Of a stretch of DNA of 64,000 nucleotides, positions 10,361 to 20,225 are shown piece after piece. The position numbers and the translations under genes were made by a program. The DNA is from Pseudomonadota bacterium. Its GTDB lineage: Bacteria; Pseudomonadota; Gammaproteobacteria; Steroidobacterales; JBCBZW01. Each line of letters starts with the position of its first letter. Positions within the stretch are counted from its first letter, which is position 1. The notes beneath the pieces were generated by a model that did no database searches, was not told where the DNA came from, and saw only the letters and a list, made by a program, of their open reading frames with translations. The DNA lies in assembly GCA_039193195.1 (NCBI GenBank), contig JBCCWS010000005.1, positions 56,172 to 120,171 of the forward strand. The letters run 5' to 3'.

Positions 10361-11140
10361 TTAGATTAGATAGCCTCCGTCCACGGGTAGATCGGCGCCC
10401 GTGGTGAAGCCGGATTCGGCCGAAGCTAGGTAGACGATGGCGTGTGCGACTTCCTGTGGCTTGCCGAGGCGCTTCATCGGATACTGCGCCGCAAATTCCT
10501 CGAGCACCATTTCCCGCGTCGCCCCTGCGGCGACCCCCGCGTCGACGAAGCCCTCGACCATCTCCGTGTGAATCGCGCCCGGGAGCACGCAGTTCACGCG
10601 CACGTCGTAGCCTCGTTCGGCGCAATGAGCTGCCACCGATTTGGTGAGCATGCGCACGCCGCCCTTAGACGTGCAGTAGGCAGCGAACATGGCCGCGCCG
10701 CGCACGCCGAGCGTCGAGCAGATGTTGATGATCGATGCGCTGCGAGCATCCTTGATCATCGCCAAGCCGTGCTTGCAGCCAAGAAAAACGCCATCGAGGT
10801 TGATCGATAGGGTGCGCTTGAAAGCGTCGAAGGTGAGATCCTCAATCGAGGCAGGCACGCTCACGCCGGCACTGTTGACGATCGTGGTAAGGGGACCCAT
10901 CGACGTCTGGGCGGTCGTGAGCGCCGTCACCCAATCCTCCTCCCGAGTCACGTCCAGGCGTACGTAGATCGCGCTTTCCCCGAGAGACGTTGCCACCTCC
11001 CGGCCGCGCGCTTCGTCGATGTCCGCCACGGCAACCTGTGCACCTTCGGCAACGAACTGCGTCGCCGTCGCCGCGCCGATGCCACTAGCCGCGCCCGAGA
11101 TGAACGCTCGTTTGCCATCCAATCTTCCCGTTCCCATCAT
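10361..11140 (-). CDS. SDR family oxidoreductase
   Basis: SGAASGIG, NSAG, YCTSK. Confidence 0.93.
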   Translation of the reverse strand: MMGTGRLDGKRAFISGAASGIGAATATQFVAEGAQVAVADIDEARGREVATSLGESAIYVRLDVTREEDWVTALTTAQTSMGPLTTIVNSAGVSVPASIEDLTFDAFKRTLSINLDGVFLGCKHGLAMIKDARSASIINICSTLGVRGAAMFAAYCTSKGGVRMLTKSVAAHCAERGYDVRVNCVLPGAIHTEMVEGFVDAGVAAGATREMVLEEFAAQYPMKRLGKPQEVAHAIVYLASAESGFTTGADLPVDGGYLI

Positions 11141-11192
11141 CGCCTCCTCTCTCAGAACCCAGCACTCATCGGCGTTCGATGCCTGCCACGCC

Positions 11193-11357
11193 CTAGTGTG
11201 CTGTCCCAGAAGTTCGTTGAAAGACTACGCACGGGGCTTTTCGTTCCTGGGTGCGGCGCGACGACGAGCGTGGCAGGCCCCACGGGAGGAGGAGCAACGT
11301 ACTCAGGGGCAAAAGTACCCGCGTATTTTTCAACGAACTTCTGGGACAGCACACTAG
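11193..11357. mobile_element. 165-bp palindromic MITE-like repeat, copy 1
   Basis: CTAG at both ends. Perfect ~30-bp terminal inverted repeat CTAGTGTGCTGTCCCAGAAGTTCGTTGAAA. Core CCCACGGGAGGAGGAGCAACGT shared with copies at 24745 and 51380. Confidence 0.85.
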
Positions 11358-11502
11358 GAACGCGCACTCATCGCGTACGCAAGACGTGCGGCGCAGCGCA
11401 ACCTAGCGCATGTATCAATTGGAAGTGTCTCGGCAACCGACCACACTATGGGCAAGCACGCCGCTCAGGCGCCGATCGACATCCTGTGGAGACACGCGTC
11501 CC

Positions 11503-12294
11503 ATGCGCTACGACACAATCGAGTTCGATGCCACCGATCTCGTCGCCACGATCACGCTCCATCGCCCCACGGCCGCCAACGCCCTCGACGCCACCATGGG
11601 GCGGGAGCTTTCCGATGCGGCCCAGCGGTGTGCGAGCGATCCGAAGATTCGCGCCGTGATCCTCACGGGCGCCGGCAAGATGTTCTGTGCCGGTGGCGAC
11701 GTGAGCGCATTCCTCGAACATGAGGATGATCTTGGCAACTACATTCGTGCGCTGACCCAAGATCTCCACGCCGCCATCGCCTGCCTCGTGCGCATGGACC
11801 CTCCGCTGATCACCGCCGTCAATGGCACCGCCGCAGGCGCTGGCTTCAGCCTCTCGCTCATCGGCGATTTTGTGTTCGCTGCGCAAGACGCCAAGTTCAC
11901 CCAGGCGTACACCGGAATCGGCGTATCGCCCGACGGTGGGAGCACGTTCTTCTTGCCCCGACTGGTCGGACCACTGCTGGCAAAGCGCCTGGTACTGCGC
12001 AACGAGGTGTTGAGTGCTGAAGAAGCGAAATCCCTCGGGTTGGTCAGCAACGTCTTGCCGGGTGACGCGCTCCTGGCCCATGCCCGCGGCGTCGCCCTCG
12101 AGCTGGCGCACGGGCCCACGCTGGCCTTCGGCGAGGCCAGGCGCTTGATCGCAGACTCCTTTAGCCATTCCCTCGAAGCTCATCTTGAGTGTGAGTCCCT
12201 GGCAATCGCTGGGCTTGCCGGCAACACGCGTGACGCGCGCGAGGGGATGGCCGCCTTCCGCGATAAGCGCAAACCTGAGTATCGGGGCGAGTAG
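11503..12294 (+). CDS. Enoyl-CoA hydratase/isomerase (PaaG-like)
   Basis: FCAGGD, AVNGTAAGAG, GVSPDGG. Confidence 0.9.
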   Translation: MRYDTIEFDATDLVATITLHRPTAANALDATMGRELSDAAQRCASDPKIRAVILTGAGKMFCAGGDVSAFLEHEDDLGNYIRALTQDLHAAIACLVRMDPPLITAVNGTAAGAGFSLSLIGDFVFAAQDAKFTQAYTGIGVSPDGGSTFFLPRLVGPLLAKRLVLRNEVLSAEEAKSLGLVSNVLPGDALLAHARGVALELAHGPTLAFGEARRLIADSFSHSLEAHLECESLAIAGLAGNTRDAREGMAAFRDKRKPEYRGE

Positions 12295-12300
12295 GCCGGA

Positions 12301-13059
12301 TCACGAGGCGCTCCAGTAGGTGGCCAGATCCAGGTCGAACAGATGTTCCAGGCTGGTGCGTGGCGTGGCCTGCTTGATCGTGTCATAGCAGGTGAAGTTC
12401 ATCATCTTGACGTAGCGGCGCATCACGCAGAAGCGCCCGTCCGCAGGCGCGCGCTGGCCAACGAAGTCGATCACGTTGATGGCGCAAGGGTCTTGCTCTA
12501 ACTTTCCTGCAGCGGCGGGGCCGACACCCATCACGCCACCTAGGAGCAGGCGATTGATCACGTCGTGCGCGACCAGCACGGCCTGCTGCCAGTGGTGGCT
12601 GTCGAGGAGTAGGCGTAGCGCTGATTCCGCTCGCCTTTGGCCCTCGGCGAAGCTCTCCGGCCCGTTCATGACGCGCGCGCTACCGTGCTCGCCACCGGAT
12701 TCATAGAAGGCCTCCGACAGCGCGCCGACCGTCTCGTGGCGCTCTGCTTCCTCGGACAATGGCCCCCCCGCCAGCTCCCGAAACTGCTCGATGGCACGAA
12801 CAGGTGGCGCCTTGTCAGATAGCTGTGACAGCAACAAATCCACCGTCTGCGCGGTGCGCGTAACGTTCGAGTGAAAGATCACGTCGAGGGGAATGGCGGC
12901 CAGGGCGCGCCCGGTTTGCAACGCCTGCTCACGCCCTCGTGGGGTGAGCGCGGCGGCGGTCGGGTTGGCGATCCCGTGCCCGTAGTAGTCGACGTGTCCG
13001 TGGCGGATCACGAACAGGCGGCGTCGCTCGAGGCCATTGCGAAGATGCTGCTTTATCAC
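12301..13059 (-). CDS. Histidine phosphatase family protein
   Basis: FVIRHGH motif and LVAHD. Confidence 0.85.
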   Translation of the reverse strand: MIKQHLRNGLERRRLFVIRHGHVDYYGHGIANPTAAALTPRGREQALQTGRALAAIPLDVIFHSNVTRTAQTVDLLLSQLSDKAPPVRAIEQFRELAGGPLSEEAERHETVGALSEAFYESGGEHGSARVMNGPESFAEGQRRAESALRLLLDSHHWQQAVLVAHDVINRLLLGGVMGVGPAAAGKLEQDPCAINVIDFVGQRAPADGRFCVMRRYVKMMNFTCYDTIKQATPRTSLEHLFDLDLATYWSAS

Positions 13060-13065
13060 GTGCGC

Positions 13066-13839
13066 CTACAGGCCGTTCGCCGTCGCGAGCCACGCCCCAT
13101 CAACGACTATCTCCGTGCCGCTTACGGCCATCGAGGAATCGCTGGCGAGGTAGGCGATCGCCTGTGCCACTTCCTCGGGCTCAACCATTCTGCCGATCGG
13201 TTGCATATGGGCGAATGTATCGCGGACCGCGGCCGGATCATCAGCGGCCTCGAAGGTCGCCTGATTCATCGGCGTATCGATAACGCCGGGATGCACTGAG
13301 TTGCAGCGGATGGTTCGATACTCGCGTGCGCAGTGAACGGCGACCGCCTTGGTCAACAGGCGTACGGCACCCTTGGATGCACTGTAGGCGGCGCCGGCGG
13401 CGAAACCCACGATACCCGCGATGGACGACACGTTGACGATGGCGCCTTGCGGACCCTCTGGGTTGGCCTTCATCGCCCGCACCGCCTCGCGGCAACCGAG
13501 CGCGGTACCGACCAGATTGACGTCAAGTACCTCTTGGAGCGACTGCAACGTGAGCTCTTCAATCGTTCCCGGACGAAATATTCCCGCGTTGTTGATGAGG
13601 ACATCGAGCCGCCCATCAGTCCCGGTAACCTGCTCGAGGAGATCGCCCCAAGCACGCTCTGAGGTGACGTTGTGGGCGACGAAGTGCGCGCCGATCTGCT
13701 CGGCGAGCATCTCGCCGCGTTCGTACTGTACGTCTGTGATGTAGACGGTGGCGCCCTGGTCGCGCAGCAGGCGTGCCGTGGCTTCGCCGATGCCCGACGC
13801 GCCTCCCGTTACCACGGCCACCTTACCGGCGAAGTGCAT
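13066..13839 (-). CDS. SDR family oxidoreductase
   Basis: TGGASGIG, NNAG, YSASK. Confidence 0.93.
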   Translation of the reverse strand: MHFAGKVAVVTGGASGIGEATARLLRDQGATVYITDVQYERGEMLAEQIGAHFVAHNVTSERAWGDLLEQVTGTDGRLDVLINNAGIFRPGTIEELTLQSLQEVLDVNLVGTALGCREAVRAMKANPEGPQGAIVNVSSIAGIVGFAAGAAYSASKGAVRLLTKAVAVHCAREYRTIRCNSVHPGVIDTPMNQATFEAADDPAAVRDTFAHMQPIGRMVEPEEVAQAIAYLASDSSMAVSGTEIVVDGAWLATANGL

Positions 13840-15049
13840 CGGTCCCAGGCGCCCGATGCGTCCCGTGGTCGCCGTCGGCGACTTCAGGCGTCTCTTGCCT
13901 CGCTAGCGCGGCTCTCTTGATCTTCTTCGCCAGCGACCATTTATGCACTTCCGTAGGGCCGTCGTAGATGCGGAAGGCTCGGGTTTCACAGAAGAATTGG
14001 GCGACGATCGAATCGCCAGTCACACCGCTGCCTCCCATCACCTGCACGCAGCGGTCGGCGACGCGGAACAGCGCTTCTGACACGGCCACCTTGGCCATGG
14101 AGCTCTCCACGTTGCCGCGCTCATTGCGGTCGAGCACGCCCGCGCACCAGTCTGTCATGAGGATGGCCTGACGCAGATCGATCTGGTTCTCCGCCAGTTT
14201 GAAGCCGACGCCCTCGTGATCGATCAAGGTCTTGCCGAAGGCCTGGCGTCGGCACGCGTACTCGGTGGCAAGCTCTTGGGCGCGGATGCCGAGGCCAGTC
14301 CAGCGCATGCAGTGGGAGAGCCGGGCAGGGGCCAGGCGGATCTGCGCCAAGCGAAACCCGTCGCCCGGTTGACCAAGCAGCTGCTCGGGGGGCACGCGCA
14401 GACCGTCGATGTGCACCAATGCGTGCCCGCCCGGCATCGACGAGTCGATCGTGTCGAGCACCCGTTCGATTCGGATCTGCGGGTCGGGCAAACTCACCAA
14501 GAACATGCAGGCCCCTTCCTCAGCTTTGGCGAGGATGATCCCCACGCCCGCGCCGTCGGCGCCCGTTATGAAGGTCTTGGTGCCGTCGATGACCCAGCTG
14601 CCGTCGTTCGAGCGCCTAGCGTGCGTATTCATCATCGAGGGGTCCGAGCCGGCACCTCCCGACTCGGCGGGCTCGGTCATGAAGAAGGCCGAGCGTTGGC
14701 GACCGCTCTTCAGGGGATCGAGGAAACGCGCCTTCTGCGCCTCGTTGGCCGCTTTGCCGAGCAGAAACATATTGCCCTCGTCCGGCGCGGCCGTGTTGCA
14801 TGCGACGGACCCGAGGGGGGAAAGGCCCGTGATGCGCAGCAGCCGCGCCGTGTCGCGCTGGGATCGGTGCGAGCCATCGGCGAGGATGTGAGGCGTGAGG
14901 CACCCCTGCTCACGGGCCAACTCCCTCACTTCGTTCACGAGCGCTGCGTTGGGGCCGTGCGGTGTAAGACGAGGGTCCGTCTCGAAGGCGAAGATGGTGT
15001 CGCGGACGAAGGCCTCCAGACGGTCACACAGCGGCTCGATGGCTTCCAT
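13823..15049 (-). CDS. Acyl-CoA dehydrogenase (LvaC/ACAD10-11-like)
   Basis: APDEGNM, FFMTEP..GAGSDP, RLAPARLSHCMR, RIYDGPTEVH. Confidence 0.88.
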   Translation of the reverse strand: MEAIEPLCDRLEAFVRDTIFAFETDPRLTPHGPNAALVNEVRELAREQGCLTPHILADGSHRSQRDTARLLRITGLSPLGSVACNTAAPDEGNMFLLGKAANEAQKARFLDPLKSGRQRSAFFMTEPAESGGAGSDPSMMNTHARRSNDGSWVIDGTKTFITGADGAGVGIILAKAEEGACMFLVSLPDPQIRIERVLDTIDSSMPGGHALVHIDGLRVPPEQLLGQPGDGFRLAQIRLAPARLSHCMRWTGLGIRAQELATEYACRRQAFGKTLIDHEGVGFKLAENQIDLRQAILMTDWCAGVLDRNERGNVESSMAKVAVSEALFRVADRCVQVMGGSGVTGDSIVAQFFCETRAFRIYDGPTEVHKWSLAKKIKRAALARQETPEVADGDHGTHRAPGTDALRR

Positions 15050-16083
15050 CAGAATCCACTCAGCACGGCGACACGATCTGTGTGGCAGTCGCTATCGCCG
15101 AACATCTTCTCGGACACGGCAACACGCTTGATGAAGCGTCCCACCGCGTACTCCTCGGTCATGCCGATGCCGCCGTGGAGCTGGATCGCCTCGTTGGTTA
15201 CCAGGGCGGCCACTCGTCCTGCTTTCGCCTTGGCCATGGAGCAGAACTTCTCCGCGTCGTGCTCTTGTGCCTGCAGGATGACCGACGCCTTGATCACCAA
15301 GGCCTCGAGCATCGTCAGCTCCGTGTACAGGCTGGCTACGCGGTGTTGAAGAGCCTGAAAACTGCCGAGGTTGCGACCGAACTGCTTGCGTTCCTTGAGG
15401 TAGTCAACGGTCAATTCGAAGGCAGCTATCGCACTGCCGTACTGCTCGGCCGCAAAGATGAGCGCGCCAAGGTGGCGCGCCGTCGAGAGCGCTGGGGCGC
15501 CGAGCAGGCGCGTAGGGTTGATGGCCACGGTGCTCAGCGTCGCCTTGGCGAACTTGCGATCGTCCAGGGTGGTAAAGGGCGCCGTCGCCATGTCGACGGA
15601 CTGCGTCAGTACCATCGCCAGCGAGCCATCGCCGTGGGTGACCGGCAACAGGGCGGCCTCGGCCTGGTCGAGATCGGGGACGAAGGCCCACTCGCCGCTG
15701 AGCACGAGTTCACCGCCGACCTGCTCGACGCAGTTGTTAGCCCCATCATCGCCACTCGCGTCGAGGGTCACCAGCGTGTCGCCTGAGGCGATGCGTGGCA
15801 GCCACTCTGACTTGAGCGCCTCCGTCGCCTCGCGTTGCAAGACGTAGGAGGGGATCAGAGCCGCGCAGAGCACCGGCGAGCAGAGCAGGTGACGGCCGAT
15901 CTGCTCGGCCAGAACGCAGGCGGCGGTGACGTCCATGGCGGAGCCGCCGTAGCGCTCGTCGATGAGCAGGCCGCTCCAACCTTGTTCGACGATCGCCTCG
16001 CCCAACGTCGGATCTTTGGGATCGCAGTCGCGGAGGAAGCTTCCCACGGCGTCGCGCAGGATATGGTGATCTTCGCTGTACAC
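15049..16083 (-). CDS. Acyl-CoA dehydrogenase, short partner subunit (PimD-like)
   Basis: RKQFGRNLGSFQALQH, QLHGGIGMT; adjacent to a full-length ACAD. Confidence 0.88.
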   Translation of the reverse strand: MYSEDHHILRDAVGSFLRDCDPKDPTLGEAIVEQGWSGLLIDERYGGSAMDVTAACVLAEQIGRHLLCSPVLCAALIPSYVLQREATEALKSEWLPRIASGDTLVTLDASGDDGANNCVEQVGGELVLSGEWAFVPDLDQAEAALLPVTHGDGSLAMVLTQSVDMATAPFTTLDDRKFAKATLSTVAINPTRLLGAPALSTARHLGALIFAAEQYGSAIAAFELTVDYLKERKQFGRNLGSFQALQHRVASLYTELTMLEALVIKASVILQAQEHDAEKFCSMAKAKAGRVAALVTNEAIQLHGGIGMTEEYAVGRFIKRVAVSEKMFGDSDCHTDRVAVLSGF

Positions 16084-16088
16084 AGGCG

Positions 16089-17330
16089 CTACCGCGACGG
16101 TAAGTGCAACAGTCGCTTGGAGATGATGTTGAGCTGTATCTCCGAGGTGCCGCCGAGGATCGTATAGGCTCGGGAGTAGAGCCAGTTCCTCGCGGTCAGT
16201 GAGTACTCCTCATCTTCCTGCGGAGACTTCTTCAGCGTGTCGAGATCACCAAAGGCCATGCGGATCTCGTAGCCTTCCTTGATGATCTTGGTGGATGCGT
16301 ACTTGACCAGAGACGATCGCGCACCGAGTTCGTTGCCTTGGCCGGCCTCCGCGTTCAGCTTCTCGGACAGGGCCGTGCAGGCGGCATCGTCGATCAGCGC
16401 CGCTGCCAGACGAGCGCGCAGCACCGTGTTGGCGAGACGCCCACTACCATCCACACCCACCTTCTGTTTGGCGGCCTGGAGGATCGGTTGTTCTTCACTG
16501 CTGCCGTTCAAGGTGTAACCGCCGAGGCTGCTGCGCTCGTGGGTCAACAGATAGGTGCCCACTCGCCATCCCTGGCCAAGTTCACCGACCACCGAGGCGT
16601 TGTCCGGGCCGTAGTACTTCGGCACTTGCACGTTGTCGAAAAACACTTCGCAGAAGGGTGAGCGACCGGAGATCAGCTTGATCGGCCGCACGGTGATGCC
16701 GGGCGACGCCATGTCGATCAGGATGAAGGTGATGCCGTCCTGCTTCTTGTCGGCGTGGGAGGTGCGCACCATGGCGAAGATCCAGTCGCTCTCATCGGCC
16801 TTCGAGGTCCAGATCTTCTGCCCGTTCACCAGCCAGTGATCCCCGCGGTCTTCGCACTTGGTGGCGAGGGACGCCAAGTCGGAGCCAGCATTAGGCTCAG
16901 AATATCCTTGACACCAGCGAATCTCACCGCGGGCGATCTTCGGCAGGTGCGCCGCTTTTTGCCCAGGCGAGCCAAACTTCAGTAGCGCGGGGCCGAGCAT
17001 GGTGATGCCGTAGCTGTAGAGAGGCTCGCGCATGCCGAGTGATTGCATCTCCTCGGCGATCACACCGCGCTCGGCCCTCGACAGGCCGGCGCCGCCATAC
17101 TCGAGAGGCCAGTGCGGCACGGTCCATCCCTTCGCCGCGGCCCGTTCGAGCCAGAGCCGCTGGGCGGGTGACTCGAATACCCAGCGCTTCCCACCCCAGC
17201 ATCGGCCCTCGCTGGAGTGGTGTGGTCCGATCAGCTCGGCAGGGCAGTGTTGGAGGAGCCAGGCGCGGCACTCGGCCCGAAACTTACTCAGCTCGGTGCT
17301 TTCGGTGGGGGGATTGCTGACGGTGACCAT
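16089..17330 (-). CDS. Acyl-CoA dehydrogenase (PimC-like)
   Basis: WCQGYSEPNAGSDLASL, NGQKIWTS, TILGGTSEIQ. Confidence 0.92.
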   Translation of the reverse strand: MVTVSNPPTESTELSKFRAECRAWLLQHCPAELIGPHHSSEGRCWGGKRWVFESPAQRLWLERAAAKGWTVPHWPLEYGGAGLSRAERGVIAEEMQSLGMREPLYSYGITMLGPALLKFGSPGQKAAHLPKIARGEIRWCQGYSEPNAGSDLASLATKCEDRGDHWLVNGQKIWTSKADESDWIFAMVRTSHADKKQDGITFILIDMASPGITVRPIKLISGRSPFCEVFFDNVQVPKYYGPDNASVVGELGQGWRVGTYLLTHERSSLGGYTLNGSSEEQPILQAAKQKVGVDGSGRLANTVLRARLAAALIDDAACTALSEKLNAEAGQGNELGARSSLVKYASTKIIKEGYEIRMAFGDLDTLKKSPQEDEEYSLTARNWLYSRAYTILGGTSEIQLNIISKRLLHLPSR

Positions 17331-17468
17331 GGGCTCGACTATGGCGAAATCGCCGCGTCCCGGACACTGTCATTCAGGTTAGGCGTGCAGAGGGCTCCCC
17401 TGTCATTTCCATGGGTTGGAAGCATCCCCCGGGGCGGGCACCATCACCCAATGCGTCCAGGAGAGACC

Positions 17469-18449
17469 ATGGCTACAGACACTGTCGACTCGACCGTCCT
17501 GCTCGAGATCTACCGGCGAACGGCGAGGATCTATCACGCCGACTGCAAGTTCCGCCAGATGATCTCAACTGGAGAACTGGCGATCGTCTACTACCCGGTT
17601 CGCGGTCAGGAAGTCCTCGCCGCCGCCATGATGACCGCCCTTGAGCACGACGATTACCTCGTCACTATCTACCGCGGTCTACACGACCAGATCGCTAAGG
17701 GCGTCCCCCTGAAGCCCCTTTGGGCGGAGTTCGCCGGCAAGCGGACCGGCACCTGCTGTGGCAAAGGCGGCCCCATGCACATCACCCATCCCGAGAGCGG
17801 GCTGATGGTGACCACCGGCATCGTCGGTTCGGGCATCCCTATCGCCACGGGTCTAGGCCTCGCGAGCCAATTGGCAGGGGACGGCAAGGTCACGGTGTGC
17901 AGCTTCGGCGATGGTGCCACCAACATCGGCGCCTTCCACGAGGGCGTCAACCTTGCTTCCCTCTGGAACCTGCCGGTGATCTTTTTGTGCCAGAACAACC
18001 GCTACGGCGAGCACACGAAGTTCGAGTTTACCTCGACCACCGAGACGGTCGCCGAACGTGGCGTCGCCTACGGCATCCGTTCTGTGCGTGTTGACGGCAA
18101 CGACGCGGCGCAGATGTACGCCGCGGCCAGAGAAGCGGTAGAACACGCTCGCGCCGGTCACGGACCCACGCTCATCGAAGCGATGACCTTCCGCTTCAAC
18201 GGCCATGTCTTCGGCGACCCCGGCAAGTACATTCCGAAGGAAGAACTCGAGGCGGCCATGGCGGCGGATCCGGTACCACGCCTGCGCGAGCAACTGCTCG
18301 CTTTGGACATCTCACCCAGCACCCTAGATGACATCGATGCGCAAGCCGTACAGGAGGTGGAGGAGGCCGCAGCCTTCGCCCTAAACAGTGGTCAACCGGA
18401 GCTGCGCGAGAATCGATTGGACGTACTCAGTGAGGAGATCCTCGGGTGA
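17469..18449 (+). CDS. ThDP-dependent dehydrogenase E1 alpha subunit (AcoA/PdhA family)
   Basis: GKGGPMH and the GDGA...NN ThDP-binding motif. Confidence 0.9.
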   Translation: MATDTVDSTVLLEIYRRTARIYHADCKFRQMISTGELAIVYYPVRGQEVLAAAMMTALEHDDYLVTIYRGLHDQIAKGVPLKPLWAEFAGKRTGTCCGKGGPMHITHPESGLMVTTGIVGSGIPIATGLGLASQLAGDGKVTVCSFGDGATNIGAFHEGVNLASLWNLPVIFLCQNNRYGEHTKFEFTSTTETVAERGVAYGIRSVRVDGNDAAQMYAAAREAVEHARAGHGPTLIEAMTFRFNGHVFGDPGKYIPKEELEAAMAADPVPRLREQLLALDISPSTLDDIDAQAVQEVEEAAAFALNSGQPELRENRLDVLSEEILG

Positions 18450-19426
18450 GCGAGCTGATTACCTTTGGCCAGGCCTACAACCTTGCTCTCGCCGAGGCCA
18501 TGGAGAACGATGAGCAGGTCATCCTGCTGGGTGAGGACGTCGGCGACGAGCAGGGCGGCGGTGTGTTCAAGACCATGTACGGGTTGTCAGGCCGCTTCGG
18601 CACGGATCGCGTCCGCTCAACGCCTATCGCCGAGCAGGCCATCCTGGGAGCTGCCGTTGGCTCGGCCATCGCCGGCTACCGTCCCGTGGCCGACATCATG
18701 TTCATGAACTTCCTCACCGTGTGTATGGACCAGCTGGTCAACCACGCGGCCAAGCTTCGGTTCATGTCCGGGGGGCAGACGGCGGTGCCGCTGACGGTGA
18801 CCACCACCACGGGCACGGGCCGGCAGTTCGGCGGCCAGCACTCCGATTGGCTCGAAGCGTGGTTGGCGCACGTGCCGGGACTCAAGGTGGTCACGCCGTC
18901 TACGCCGGCCGACGCCAAGGCGCTGCTGCTCGCCAGTATCGAGGACGACGACCCGACCATCTTCATCCAGCACATCGCCCTGATGCGCGCCAAGGGCGCC
19001 GCTCCCGCCGCCGACCATCGCGTGCCCCTCGGTAAGGCGGCGGTGGTGCGCGAGGGCACCGACATCACAGTGATCAGCTACGGCGCCCGTGTGCGCGACT
19101 GCCTGCAGGTGGCTGAGCGCCTGGCCGATCAGGTGTCGATCGAGGTCGTGGACCTGCGCACGATCGCCCCCTTTGACGAGGAGACCGTGCTGCGCTCGGT
19201 GGTCAAGACGCAGCGCGCCGTGGTCATGCACGAGGCGGTGAAGGCCTTTGGCGTGGGGGCGGAGATCGCCTCGCGCATTCACGAGGAGCTCTTCGGCCAG
19301 TTGAAAGCCCCCGTGCATCGGGTTGGCTCCAAGTACTCCCCCGTTCCCTTCAACCCCGGGCTTGAGCAGGACTGGACGGCGAACGGCGGCGATCTAGAAG
19401 TAGCGATCCGTAAAGTGATGGGATGA
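18446..19426 (+). CDS. 2-oxoacid dehydrogenase E1 beta subunit
   Basis: LGEDV, TPIAEQAI, QHS, VDLRTIAP; overlaps the alpha stop codon. Confidence 0.92.
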   Translation: MSELITFGQAYNLALAEAMENDEQVILLGEDVGDEQGGGVFKTMYGLSGRFGTDRVRSTPIAEQAILGAAVGSAIAGYRPVADIMFMNFLTVCMDQLVNHAAKLRFMSGGQTAVPLTVTTTTGTGRQFGGQHSDWLEAWLAHVPGLKVVTPSTPADAKALLLASIEDDDPTIFIQHIALMRAKGAAPAADHRVPLGKAAVVREGTDITVISYGARVRDCLQVAERLADQVSIEVVDLRTIAPFDEETVLRSVVKTQRAVVMHEAVKAFGVGAEIASRIHEELFGQLKAPVHRVGSKYSPVPFNPGLEQDWTANGGDLEVAIRKVMG

Positions 19427-19429
19427 CCG

Positions 19430-19672
19430 ATGCCTAAGATTCGACTAAAGCTGCCGAAACTCGATATGTCCATGGAGGAGGCTGCCATCGCCGAGTGGCT
19501 GGTGAAGACCGGCGATCGGGTGACCAAGGGGCAAGCGATGTACCTGGTGGAGTCGGACAAGGCCGCGACGGAGGTGGAGTGCCCGATCGATGGCACGGTC
19601 ACGGTGATCGGCGAAGTGGGAGTGCCCTACAAGATCGGACACATCGTCGCGGAGATCGATACGGGAAGCTAG
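19430..19672 (+). CDS. Stand-alone lipoyl-domain protein
   Basis: 80 aa, LPKLDMSMEE...VESDKA lipoylation motif, no E2 catalytic domain. Confidence 0.88.
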   Translation: MPKIRLKLPKLDMSMEEAAIAEWLVKTGDRVTKGQAMYLVESDKAATEVECPIDGTVTVIGEVGVPYKIGHIVAEIDTGS

Positions 19673-19784
19673 TGCGCGTGATTGTCGCTGCGGGCCGGCA
19701 TACCTGGGCGCTTTGCACTTACCCCTCGCACTAAAGCTCCAACGTACCGTTGGGTAAGCCTGGCCGCCTTGTCCCAAGTGAAAA

Positions 19785-20225
19785 CTACCGCCCCGCCGCT
19801 TCGAAGCCCACACCGATCAGGCGTTCCTCGTTGGCCAGCCTTTGCTCCATGAGCCGGCGTACGGTGGCGTACGCGGCGCTGCCGAGATCCTCCCCGAGAT
19901 CGCCGAGCACGCAGAGCATTCGACTCGCCGCTTCATAGCGAACGAGTTCCTCAGCCGATTCGTCGTACGCTTCCAAGGCTTGCTTCAGGGCAGGCGATCC
20001 GGTTCCCGAGGCGAGTACTTCACCCACCGCGCTCAAGATGGCGGCGGTCTCCGTGGCGACGATCTGCGACTGCAGATCCACGCGCGTGGCTGCCGCCCCG
20101 AGTACGGCGATAATCGTATCGATCTGTGCCAGTTTGACCGGATCCTTGAGATCCTCCTTGAGAGACGTGCCCATCTCGTGCATTAGCCCGCGGAGAATCT
20201 CGGGTACGCTCGGTGAGACGATCAT
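19785..20225 (-). CDS. Small helical protein coupled to the phosphotransferase (LvaB-like)
   Basis: MIVSPSVPEILRGL...; ATGA overlap with the upstream APH gene. Confidence 0.6.
   Translation of the reverse strand: MIVSPSVPEILRGLMHEMGTSLKEDLKDPVKLAQIDTIIAVLGAAATRVDLQSQIVATETAAILSAVGEVLASGTGSPALKQALEAYDESAEELVRYEAASRMLCVLGDLGEDLGSAAYATVRRLMEQRLANEERLIGVGFEAAGR

Noticed and set aside
11193..11357. CRISPR array or tRNA interpretation of the palindromic repeats
   Set aside because: The copies are dispersed single elements with no repeat-spacer periodicity or cloverleaf, and no cas genes are present.
11152..11659. ORFs 11152-11367 (-) and 11198-11659 (+)
   Set aside because: They read through the palindromic element and have no independent coding evidence.
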